Source: a virus
Taxonomy: Duplodnaviria; Heunggongvirae; Uroviricota; Caudoviricetes
IMG/VR virus record: IMGVR_UViG_3300012275_000062
DNA length: 24,444 nucleotides
Reading direction: 5' to 3' (one strand)
A model generated the notes under the pieces. The model worked only from the letters and a program-made list of their open reading frames with translations. It searched no databases and was not told where the DNA came from. Every line of letters begins with the position of its first letter. Positions within the stretch are counted from its first letter, which is position 1. This document shows, in pieces, positions 17,179 to 24,444 of the stretch. The position numbers were made by a program, and so were the translations under genes.

Positions 17179-17829
17179 ATGAGCCTGAGTCCCGCACGGC
17201 AGCATCGCCTGCGCGTTCAGGCTGAACAGGCCGCCCGTGAGGGCGGCAGTGTTCGCCACGCGTCGGGCTATGACCTGATGCTGCTGCAGCTGGCGGAAGA
17301 CCGCCGCCGTCTCAAGGGCGTTCAGTCCACGGTGAAAAAAGCGGAAATAAAGGTGGAGCTGCTGCCGAAATATGCCGCCTGGGCGGAGGGCGTCCTGGCT
17401 GCCGGAGGCGCTCAACAGGATGACGTGCTGATGTACGTGATGCTGTGGCGCATTGATGCCGGAGATTATGCCGGGGCGCTGGAGATCGGGCGTCATGCCC
17501 TGCGTCATGGCTGGGTGATGCCTCTGGGTAACCGCAACGTGCAGACCGTGCTGGCAGAGGAAATGGCAGATGCAGCGCAGAGCGCAATGCTTGCCGCTAC
17601 CGGCTTTGATGCCGATCTGTTGCTGCAGACGCTGGAGCTGACAGACGGTCTGGATATGCCGGACCAGTCACGGGCGCGTCTGCATAAAGCGATTGGCGCT
17701 GTCCTGAGTGAAAGCAATCCGGCTTCCGCCCTTAATCATCTCAACCATGCGTTACAGCTCGATCCCCGCTGTGGCGTGAAAAAAGACAAACAGCAGCTGG
17801 AGCGCAGACTGCGCAATGACAGCCGCTGA
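17179..17829 (+). CDS. M: Terminase small/endonuclease subunit (P2 gpM family)
   Basis: Matches recalled gpM motifs (GAQQDDVLMYVMLWRIDAGDYAGALEI; LELTDGLDMPDQSRARLHK). Confidence 0.8.
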   Translation: MSLSPARQHRLRVQAEQAAREGGSVRHASGYDLMLLQLAEDRRRLKGVQSTVKKAEIKVELLPKYAAWAEGVLAAGGAQQDDVLMYVMLWRIDAGDYAGALEIGRHALRHGWVMPLGNRNVQTVLAEEMADAAQSAMLAATGFDADLLLQTLELTDGLDMPDQSRARLHKAIGAVLSESNPASALNHLNHALQLDPRCGVKKDKQQLERRLRNDSR

Positions 17830-17924
17830 CAGAACGTGCCCCCGCGCACGGGCGGCACGGGGTGGTGAAAGGCATAGCCACATCAAAATCCCGTCCACCG
17901 CCCTCTATTTCAGGAGAAAGCAGC

Positions 17925-18389
17925 ATGAAGTTTGTTGCGCCAGAACAGGCACCGGAACAGGCGGAAATCATCAGGAATACGCCGTTCTGGCCTGATGTGG
18001 ACCTGTCGGAGTTTCGCAGTGTCATGCGCACTGACGGCACGGTGACGCAGCCGCGTTTAAAGCAGGTTGCGCTGTCGGCAATTTCGGAGGTCAACGCAGA
18101 GCTGTATGAGTTTCGCAGACGTCAGCAGATGCTGGGGTATGCGTCGCTGGCTGAGGTTCCGGCGGAACAGCTGGACGGCAAAAGTGAGCGCATTCAGCAT
18201 TATTTCAACGCGGTTTACTGCTGGGCACGCGCCATGCTCAACGAGCGTTATCAGGACTATGACGCCACGGCATCCGGTGTGAAGCGGGGCGAGGAACTGG
18301 CGGAAGCAAGCGGTGATTTGTGGCGTGACGCCCGCTGGGCCATCAGCCGGGTGCAGGATGCGCCGCACTGCACAGTGGAGCTTATCTGA
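17925..18389 (+). CDS. L: Head completion/stabilisation protein (P2 gpL family)
   Basis: Gene order after M. Start chosen at ATG 17925 (SD AGGAGAAAG); the ORF track starts upstream at 17862. Confidence 0.75.
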   Translation: MKFVAPEQAPEQAEIIRNTPFWPDVDLSEFRSVMRTDGTVTQPRLKQVALSAISEVNAELYEFRRRQQMLGYASLAEVPAEQLDGKSERIQHYFNAVYCWARAMLNERYQDYDATASGVKRGEELAEASGDLWRDARWAISRVQDAPHCTVELI

Positions 18390-18592
18390 TGAAAGTGCGT
18401 GCGTATCAGTATGACACGGTGGACGCGCTTTGCTGGCGTCATTACGGGCGCACGCAGGGTGTCACGGAGCAGGTACTGAAGGCAAATCCGGGGCTTGCCG
18501 AATACGGCCCCTTTTTACCTCACGGGCTGCAGGTGGAGCTGCCGGACATACCGACAACCACCACCGTGCAGACTGTCCAGCTATGGGACTGA
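18389..18592 (+). CDS. X: Tail protein X (P2 gpX family), 67 aa
   Basis: Same length as P2 gpX, with matching segments (YGRT.GV.E.VL.ANPGLAE ... LPHG..VELPD). Coupled to L (ATGA overlap). Confidence 0.8.
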   Translation: MKVRAYQYDTVDALCWRHYGRTQGVTEQVLKANPGLAEYGPFLPHGLQVELPDIPTTTTVQTVQLWD

Positions 18593-18595
18593 ATT

Positions 18596-18811
18596 ATGAC
18601 GCTTGAGCGAATCAGCGCCTTTATCACGTATTGCATCGCCGTCGTGCTGGCCTGGCTGGGCGATTTGTCCATCAAGGATGCCTCAACGCTGGGCGGCCTG
18701 ATGATTGGTGTGCTGATGCTGGCTATCAACTGGTACTACAAACACAAAGCCTACCAGCTTCTGCGCGACGGGCAGATCTCGCGGGAGGACTATGAATCCA
18801 TCAATCGTTAA
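18596..18811 (+). CDS. Y: Holin, 71 aa, two predicted TM segments (pinholin-like)
   Basis: Two hydrophobic stretches (FITYCIAVVLAWLGDL; LGGLMIGVLMLAINWYY) and a charged C-terminus. Lies directly upstream of the endolysin. Confidence 0.7.
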   Translation: MTLERISAFITYCIAVVLAWLGDLSIKDASTLGGLMIGVLMLAINWYYKHKAYQLLRDGQISREDYESINR

Positions 18812-19304
18812 ACGCTGCCTTGTCGGGACCGTGCTGGCTATTGCTGCCACGCTGCCGGGTTTTCAGCAGCTTCACACCTCCGTGGAAGGGCTGAAACTGA
18901 TTGCCGATTATGAAGGTTGTCGTCTGCAGCCGTATCAGTGCAGCGCGGGTGTCTGGACCGACGGCATTGGTAATACGTCGGGCGTCATTCCCGGCAAAAC
19001 CATTACGGAGCGACAGGCAGCAGAAGGGCTGATCTCCAACGTGCTGCGTGTGGAGCGGGCGCTGGAAAGGTGTGTGAAGCAACAGCCGCCGCAGAAGGTG
19101 TATGACGCTGCGGTGTCGTTTGCCTTCAACGTGGGTACGGGCAATGCCTGCAGTTCCACGCTGGTGAAATTGCTCAATCAGCGGCGCTGGGCGGATGCGT
19201 GCCGACAGTTGCAGCGCTGGGTTTATGTAAAAGGTGTGTTTAATCAGGGGCTGGATAACCGCCGTGCGCGGGAGATGGCCTGGTGTTTACAGGGAGCAAA
19301 CTGA
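18792..19304 (+). CDS. K: Endolysin, T4-lysozyme fold, with an N-terminal SAR (signal-arrest-release) domain (P1 Lyz-like)
   Basis: Core LKLIADYEGCRLQPYQCSAGVWTDGIGNT is nearly identical to recalled P1 Lyz (LELIGNAEGCRRDPYMCPAGVWTDGIGNT), with the E-D-T catalytic triad. N-terminal Gly/Ala-rich weakly hydrophobic stretch CLVGTVLAIAATLPGF. Confidence 0.85.
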   Translation: MNPSIVKRCLVGTVLAIAATLPGFQQLHTSVEGLKLIADYEGCRLQPYQCSAGVWTDGIGNTSGVIPGKTITERQAAEGLISNVLRVERALERCVKQQPPQKVYDAAVSFAFNVGTGNACSSTLVKLLNQRRWADACRQLQRWVYVKGVFNQGLDNRRAREMAWCLQGAN

Positions 19305-19305
19305 A

Positions 19306-19679
19306 ATGAAAAAGAAATTAATCAGCGGACTGTTTCTGATGTTATGGATGGCGCTGTTAATCGCAGCAATGGTGTATCCGCAGGGGATTTTTCCGGTACT
19401 GGCAGCGTCCGGCGTTTGGGTAGCCTGTTGACATGGGCGGTAATTCCGGTAGCACTGGCTGCGTTAATTAAGAATGGCCCGCTCTGGCAGGAGTTAAGGG
19501 CATCTTTACTGAAGACAATTACCCGAAAAGAAAACGTATTTATCAGTTGGGTGATGCGATTGCTGATTGTTGTAAGTCTCGCCTGGACGGGGTGGGCTAT
19601 TACCCTGGTCTTTTATCTACTGACCGTTATTGCCTTCTGGATCACCCGTAACCAGATGGCGCAACAGGTAGCAGCATGA
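19306..19679 (+). CDS. lysA: LysA-like lysis-timing membrane protein; apparent frame break near 19425-19431
   Basis: A 41-codon hydrophobic ORF from ATG 19306 (SD AGGGAG) ends at TGA 19429-19431. A hydrophobic ORF in another frame continues to 19679. Combined length is close to P2 LysA (~141 aa). Confidence 0.5.
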
Positions 19680-20104
19680 ACCGGTTGCTGCTGGTTGTGC
19701 TGGCGTTATTACTGGCGGCGCTGGGCTGGCAGACGTGGCGGCTGGCTGATGCCAGCCAGACCATTAGCACGCAGGCAGACGAGCTGCAGAGCAAAAGCCA
19801 GGCACTGGCAAAGAGCAACAGCCAGCTTATCAGCCTGTCCATTCTGACTGAAACCAATAACCGGGAGCAGGCGCGGCTCTATGCCGAAGCAGAACAGACC
19901 AGCGCGCTGCTGAGACAACGACAACACCGGATCGAGGAACTGAAACGTGAGAACGAGGATTTACGCCGCTGGGCTGATACTCCTTTGCCTGCTGACATTA
20001 TCCGGCTGCGGGAACGTCCGACGCTCACCGGAGGTGCAGCTTACCGTCAGTGGTTGTCCGCGAGTGACGCCGTGTTGGCTGGATCAGGCAGCGCCGCGCA
20101 CTAA
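19676..20104 (+). CDS. lysB: LysB, Rz-like inner-membrane spanin
   Basis: N-terminal TM segment (LLLVVLALLLAALGW) followed by a coiled-coil-rich periplasmic region. Canonical position after lysA. Confidence 0.7.
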   Translation: MNRLLLVVLALLLAALGWQTWRLADASQTISTQADELQSKSQALAKSNSQLISLSILTETNNREQARLYAEAEQTSALLRQRQHRIEELKRENEDLRRWADTPLPADIIRLRERPTLTGGAAYRQWLSASDAVLAGSGSAAH

Positions 20105-20237
20105 CGGTGATCTGAACGCGTTGCTGGATGAAACGGAGGCCGCCTGGGCGGTCTGTGCAGACAAAGTGGACATGATTATTGCGTGTCAGGAGCGAAACAG
20201 TGAACAAACCACAATCCCTGCGCCACGCCCTCAATAA
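19947..20237 (+). CDS. lysC: LysC, Rz1-like outer-membrane lipoprotein spanin, overlapping the 3' end of lysB in another frame
   Basis: Signal peptide with lipobox (LLCLLTLSGCG). Begins inside lysB and extends beyond it, the overlapped spanin arrangement of P2. Confidence 0.6.
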   Translation: MRTRIYAAGLILLCLLTLSGCGNVRRSPEVQLTVSGCPRVTPCWLDQAAPRTNGDLNALLDETEAAWAVCADKVDMIIACQERNSEQTTIPAPRPQ

Positions 20238-20631
20238 AGCGGTGCCTTATGTCCGCAATAACCCGGACAAACTGCATCTGTTTGTGGATAACGGTTCGCT
20301 GGTTGCCACGGGGGCCAGCTCCATGTCGTGGGAGTACCGTTACACCCTGAACGCGGTGATTGAGGATTTCAGCGGCGACCAGAATCTGCTGATGGCCCCG
20401 GTTTTGCTGTGGCTGAGGGATAACCAGCCCGATGCCATCAATAACCCGGCGTTACGGGAAAAACTATTCACCTTTGAGGTGGATATTCTGCGCAACGATG
20501 TCTGTGATATCAGCCTGAACCTGCAACTGACGGAGCGTGTGCTGGTCAGCACTGACGGTAGTGTGTCGAGTGTTGAAGCTATAGCGGAACCTGATGAACC
20601 TGAAGAAATGTGGACGGTGAAACGTGGCTGA
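20200..20631 (+). CDS. R: Tail completion protein R (P2 gpR family)
   Basis: Gene order and size. Start chosen at GTG 20200 (SD AGGAG 8 nt upstream); the ORF track starts at TTG 20179. Confidence 0.75.
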   Translation: MNKPQSLRHALNKAVPYVRNNPDKLHLFVDNGSLVATGASSMSWEYRYTLNAVIEDFSGDQNLLMAPVLLWLRDNQPDAINNPALREKLFTFEVDILRNDVCDISLNLQLTERVLVSTDGSVSSVEAIAEPDEPEEMWTVKRG

Positions 20632-21070
20632 ACTGCAGAAAGTGGACGACTGGCTGAGTGCCTTGCTGGCGAATCTGGAACCAGCCGCCAGAAGCCGCAT
20701 GATGCGCCAGCTGGCGCAGGAACTGCGCCGGACACAGCAGCAGAACATCAGGATGCAACGCAATCCTGATGGCAGCAGCTATGAACCGAGGCGAGTAACA
20801 GCACGCAGTAAAAAAGGCCGTATCAAACGGCAGATGTTTACAAAACTTCGCACCACAAAATACCTGAAAACTGCCGCCAGCGCCGACTCTGCCAGCGTGC
20901 AGTTTGAAGGTAAGGTGCAGCGCATTGCCCGTGTTCACCATTACGGCTTGCGCGATCGCGTCAGTCGCAAAGGACCTGAGGTCCGTTACGCAGAGCGTCG
21001 CCTTCTGGGTGTAAATGATGATGTTGAGGCAATGACCCGCGACATGATTCTGCAATGGCTGGCGGGGTGA
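20624..21070 (+). CDS. S: Tail completion protein S (P2 gpS family)
   Basis: Gene order and size (148 aa vs ~150 for P2 S). Overlaps the R stop. Confidence 0.75.
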   Translation: MAELQKVDDWLSALLANLEPAARSRMMRQLAQELRRTQQQNIRMQRNPDGSSYEPRRVTARSKKGRIKRQMFTKLRTTKYLKTAASADSASVQFEGKVQRIARVHHYGLRDRVSRKGPEVRYAERRLLGVNDDVEAMTRDMILQWLAG

Positions 21071-21074
21071 TCTT

Positions 21075-21092
21075 TGTATCAGCACTGATACA
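21075..21092. promoter_or_regulatory. Late-promoter activator site (perfect TGT-N12-ACA palindrome) upstream of V
   Basis: TGTATCAGCACTGATACA is a perfect 18-bp palindrome fitting the Ogr/B-dependent late promoter element (PV-like). It is centred about 55 bp upstream of the V start codon. Confidence 0.5.
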
Positions 21093-21138
21093 AGTTGCAG
21101 CACTGCCGCCTTTCTTCCCCTGATGGCAACCTTTCCCT

Positions 21139-21717
21139 ATGAACGCACAATTAACCGAAATCATGCGCCTTATCACCAACCTGATCCGCACAGGTGTAGT
21201 CACCGAAGTGGACAGGGCAAACTGGCTGTGTCGGGTGAAAACTGGCGACCTCGAAACCAACTGGATTAACTGGCTGACACTGCGCGCGGGCAAATCGCGC
21301 ACCTGGTGGAAACCGTCTGTGGGTGAGCAGGTTGTGCTGTTCAGCCTTGGCGGCAATCTGGAAACCGCGTTTGCCCTGCCTGCGGTCTACTCAAACCAGT
21401 TTCCGCCACCTTCAGGTTCTGAGGACGGCAACGTGACGGAATACCCGGACGGCGGCTGGTTTGAATACGAACCCGCCACCGGGCGCTGGTATGTCAGGGG
21501 CATCAAATCAATGGTCATTGAGGCCGCTGACAATATCACCCTGAAAACCAGTGAGTTTGTGCTGGAGGCTGACCGCACGCGTATTAACAGCGAAGTGGTG
21601 ATCAATGGTGGCGTTACCCAGGGCGGCGGAGCGATGAGCTCTAACGGGATTGTGGTTGATGCGCATCAGCATACTGGCGTCCTGAAAGGCGGCGATACAA
21701 CCGGAGGCCCGGTATGA
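21139..21717 (+). CDS. V: Baseplate assembly/spike protein V (P2 gpV family)
   Basis: Matches recalled gpV (IRTG ... RAGKSRTWWKPSVGEQV ... LGG.LETAF.LP.VYS). An in-frame ATG at 21124 is an alternative start. Confidence 0.85.
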   Translation: MNAQLTEIMRLITNLIRTGVVTEVDRANWLCRVKTGDLETNWINWLTLRAGKSRTWWKPSVGEQVVLFSLGGNLETAFALPAVYSNQFPPPSGSEDGNVTEYPDGGWFEYEPATGRWYVRGIKSMVIEAADNITLKTSEFVLEADRTRINSEVVINGGVTQGGGAMSSNGIVVDAHQHTGVLKGGDTTGGPV

Positions 21718-22073
21718 CGCTTTATAGCGGGATGAACAATACCAGCGGCAAAGTCATTACTGATATTGATCATCTGCGCCAGTCGGTGCGGGACATTCTG
21801 CTGACACCGCAGGGTAGCCGCATTGCCCGCCGGGAATATGGTTCCCTCCTGTCGGTTTTAATAGATCAGCCACAAAATCCGGCATTACGCCTGCAGGTCA
21901 TGTCGGCAGTGTATGTGGCGCTGAGTCGCTGGGAGCCACGGCTGACGCTGGATTCCATCACCATCAACAGCAACTTTGACGGTTCTATGGTGGTGGAGCT
22001 GACCGGGCGGCGGAATAACGGTGTGCCTGTGTCCCTTTCCGTATCAACAGGAGCAGAGAATGGCAGTGATTGA
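21714..22073 (+). CDS. W: Baseplate wedge protein W (gp25-like, P2 gpW family)
   Basis: Size (119 aa) and position; coupled to V (overlapping stop/start). Confidence 0.8.
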   Translation: MTLYSGMNNTSGKVITDIDHLRQSVRDILLTPQGSRIARREYGSLLSVLIDQPQNPALRLQVMSAVYVALSRWEPRLTLDSITINSNFDGSMVVELTGRRNNGVPVSLSVSTGAENGSD

Positions 22074-22968
22074 CCTTTCGCAGTTGCCTGCACCGCAGAT
22101 TGTGGATGTGCCGGACTTTGAGACGCTGCTTGCCGAACGCAAGGCCCAATTTGTTGCGCTTCATCCGAAAGATGAGCGGGAAGCCGTGATCCGCACGCTG
22201 GAACTGGAATCTGAACCCGTCACTAAATTGTTGCAGGAGAACGCTTACCGTGAGTTGCTTCTGCGCCAGCGCATTAACGAAGCCGCGCAGGCGGTGATGG
22301 TGGCTTACGCGATGGGCGGCGATCTTGACCAGCTCGCTGCCAACTACAACGTGACACGCCTGACGGTGACGCCTGCTGATAATGATGCTGTGCCGCCCGT
22401 TGCAGCTGTGATGGAAAGCGATGAAGCGTTACGCCTGCGTGTGCCTGCAGCCTTTGAAGGGCTTTCTGTTGCGGGGCCAACTGCAGCTTATGAATTTCAT
22501 GCCCGAAGCGCCGACGGTCGGGTAGCGGATGCCAGTGCAACCAGCCCGGCACCTGCAGAGGTGGTGCTGACTGTCCTTAGCCGCGAAGGCGATGGAACTG
22601 CAGAAAAAGACCTGCTGGACGTGGTGGAAAAAGCTCTGAACAGTGAGAACGTCCGCCCGGTGGCTGACCGTCTTACGGTTCGCAGCGCAGAAATCATCCC
22701 GTATCGCGTGGAAGCCACCATTTTTCTCTATCCGGGACCGGAAGCAGAGCCGGTAATGGCAGCGGCAAAAGCCAGTCTGCAGAAGTACATTGCCAGCCAG
22801 ACGAGGCTTGGTCGGGATATTCGCCGTAGCGCCATCTTTGCTGCTCTGCATGTTGAGGGTGTTCAACGTGTGGAACTGGCTTCTCCGCTGGCGGATGTGG
22901 TCCTGAACAAAACACAGGCGGCATCATGTACGCAGTGGAGCGTAACCAACGGAGGAACGGATGAATAG
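22060..22968 (+). CDS. J: Baseplate assembly protein J (P2 gpJ family), 302 aa
   Basis: Start chosen at ATG 22060 (MAVIDLSQLP), which gives the P2 gpJ length; the ORF track starts at 22021. Confidence 0.85.
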   Translation: MAVIDLSQLPAPQIVDVPDFETLLAERKAQFVALHPKDEREAVIRTLELESEPVTKLLQENAYRELLLRQRINEAAQAVMVAYAMGGDLDQLAANYNVTRLTVTPADNDAVPPVAAVMESDEALRLRVPAAFEGLSVAGPTAAYEFHARSADGRVADASATSPAPAEVVLTVLSREGDGTAEKDLLDVVEKALNSENVRPVADRLTVRSAEIIPYRVEATIFLYPGPEAEPVMAAAKASLQKYIASQTRLGRDIRRSAIFAALHVEGVQRVELASPLADVVLNKTQAASCTQWSVTNGGTDE

Positions 22969-23560
22969 TCTGCTGCCACCGGGTTCACTGGAGCGCCGAC
23001 TGGCGCAAACCTGTAGCGGGATTTCTGATCTGCAGGTGCCGCTGCGTGACTTGTGGAATCCGGCTACCTGTCCGGTCAGCTTCCTGCCTTATCTCGCCTG
23101 GGCGTTCTCTGTGGATCGCTGGGACGAGGGCTGGACAGAAAGCGTCAAACGCCAGGTAGTGAAGGATGCTTTTTATATTCATCAGCATAAAGGAACTACC
23201 AGTGCCGTGCGGCGGGTGGTGGAACCGTTCGGATTCCTGATCCGCATTATTGAGTGGTGGCAGACCGGAGAAACACCGGGCACGTTTCGCCTGGATATCG
23301 GCGTGCAGGACCAGGGCATCACTGAAGATACCTATCTGGAACTTGAGCGGCTGATAAGCGATGCCAAACCATGTAGCCGTCACATGATCGGCATGTCCAT
23401 CAATCTGCAGACCAGCGGTCCGCATTGGGTGGGGGCCGCCAGCTATCTTGGCGAAGAAATCACGATCTATCCGTATATCAACGAAACAATTATTTCTGGC
23501 GGCACCGCGCATGAAGGCGGGGCGGTCCATGTTATTGACACAATGAGAGTGAATCCATGA
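22961..23560 (+). CDS. I: Baseplate protein I (P2 gpI family)
   Basis: Position between J and H; coupled starts and stops. Confidence 0.8.
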   Translation: MNSLLPPGSLERRLAQTCSGISDLQVPLRDLWNPATCPVSFLPYLAWAFSVDRWDEGWTESVKRQVVKDAFYIHQHKGTTSAVRRVVEPFGFLIRIIEWWQTGETPGTFRLDIGVQDQGITEDTYLELERLISDAKPCSRHMIGMSINLQTSGPHWVGAASYLGEEITIYPYINETIISGGTAHEGGAVHVIDTMRVNP

Positions 23561-24444
23561 GCACAAAATTTTATACCCTGCTGACGGATATTGGCGCGGC
23601 GAAACTTGCCAGTGCCGCCGCGCTCGGTGTGCCGCTAAAAATTACCCATATGGCGGTCGGCGATGGCGGCGGAGTATTACCGACGCCGGACGCAAAGCAG
23701 ACGGCACTGGTAAATGAGAAACGCCGGGCTGCGTTGAATATGCTTTATATCGACCCGCAGAACAGTAGCCAGATTATTGCTGAACAGGTGATCCCTGAAA
23801 ACGAGGGCGGTTGGTGGATACGTGAAGTGGGCCTGTTTGATGAGTCCGGGGCATTGATTGCCGTGGGAAACTGCCCGGAAAGCTATAAGCCGCAACTGGC
23901 TGAAGGCAGCGGGCGTACCCAGACCGTGCGCATGGTGCTGATTACCAGCAGCACGGACAATATCACCCTGAAAATCGACCCTGCCGTAGTGCTGGCAACC
24001 CGCAAGTATGTGGATGATAAGGTACTGGAGCTGAAGGTGTACGCGGATGATCAGATGGCAAAACATCTTGCCGCACCGGACCCGCATTCACAGTATGCAC
24101 CCAAAGAAAGTCCGACGTTTACCGGGACACCCAAAGCGCCAACGCCAGCAGCAGGGAATAACACCACGCAGATTGCGACCACCGCGTTTGTTCAGGCGGC
24201 TCTGACGGCTCTTATTAATGGTGCGCCAGCCACGCTGGACACGCTGAAAGAAATAGCCGCAGCCATTAACAATGATCCGAAATTCAGTACCACCATTAAC
24301 AATGCACTGGCACAAAAAGCGCCGCTGTCGAGTCCGGCTCTCACCGGAACGCCAACAGCTCCCACGGCGGCGCAGTCGGTCAACAATACACAGATTGCCA
24401 CTACCGCTTTTGTGAAATCGGCAATTGCAGCAATGGTGGGTTCT
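23557..24444 (+). CDS. H: Tail fibre protein H, N-terminal part (runs off the window end)
   Basis: N-terminus MSTKFYTLLTDIGAAKLA... resembles the conserved baseplate-attachment domain of P2-family tail fibres. Repeated ...TQIATTAFV... motifs. No stop before the window ends. Confidence 0.8.
   Translation, partial: MSTKFYTLLTDIGAAKLASAAALGVPLKITHMAVGDGGGVLPTPDAKQTALVNEKRRAALNMLYIDPQNSSQIIAEQVIPENEGGWWIREVGLFDESGALIAVGNCPESYKPQLAEGSGRTQTVRMVLITSSTDNITLKIDPAVVLATRKYVDDKVLELKVYADDQMAKHLAAPDPHSQYAPKESPTFTGTPKAPTPAAGNNTTQIATTAFVQAALTALINGAPATLDTLKEIAAAINNDPKFSTTINNALAQKAPLSSPALTGTPTAPTAAQSVNNTQIATTAFVKSAIAAMVGS

Noticed and set aside
1-24444. CRISPR arrays, tRNA/rRNA genes, IS elements or transposases
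   Set aside because: No regularly spaced direct repeats, no tRNA-like cloverleaf candidates noticed and no transposase-like ORFs; the attachment site and any tRNA target must lie outside the window to the left.

Overview
The window is about 24 kb of a P2/186-family (peduovirus-like) prophage from an enterobacterial host, read from the integrase end; attL must lie just left of position 1. The backbone is recognisable throughout: integrase, a 186-type lysogeny switch (cI, apl-like, cII), early genes with a TraR-like zinc-finger protein and the rolling-circle initiator A, a LexA-controlled tum-like locus, a cos-like site, then the late genes Q, P, O, N, M, L, X, a lysis cassette, R, S, V, W, J, I and the start of H. 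Three AT-rich cargo insertions interrupt this backbone and are the main interest: (1) a translationally coupled two-gene operon (171 aa + 363 aa, 8754-10357) with no motif I can recognise, in the position of the P2 tin/old hotspot; (2) a 593-aa single gene (10636-12417) with a DUF262/ParB-like N-terminus and a Schlafen/AlbA_2-like C-terminus, between cos and Q; (3) a 418-aa protein with an R-x4-H (HEPN-like) motif (1138-2394) between cI and int. The first is my best candidate for an undescribed system. Three N-runs (4238-4272, 7484-7493, 12969-12978) mark this as a draft assembly, and two late genes (P and lysA) show frame breaks. All product calls come from reading the translations and from recalled family signatures; no database search was run.
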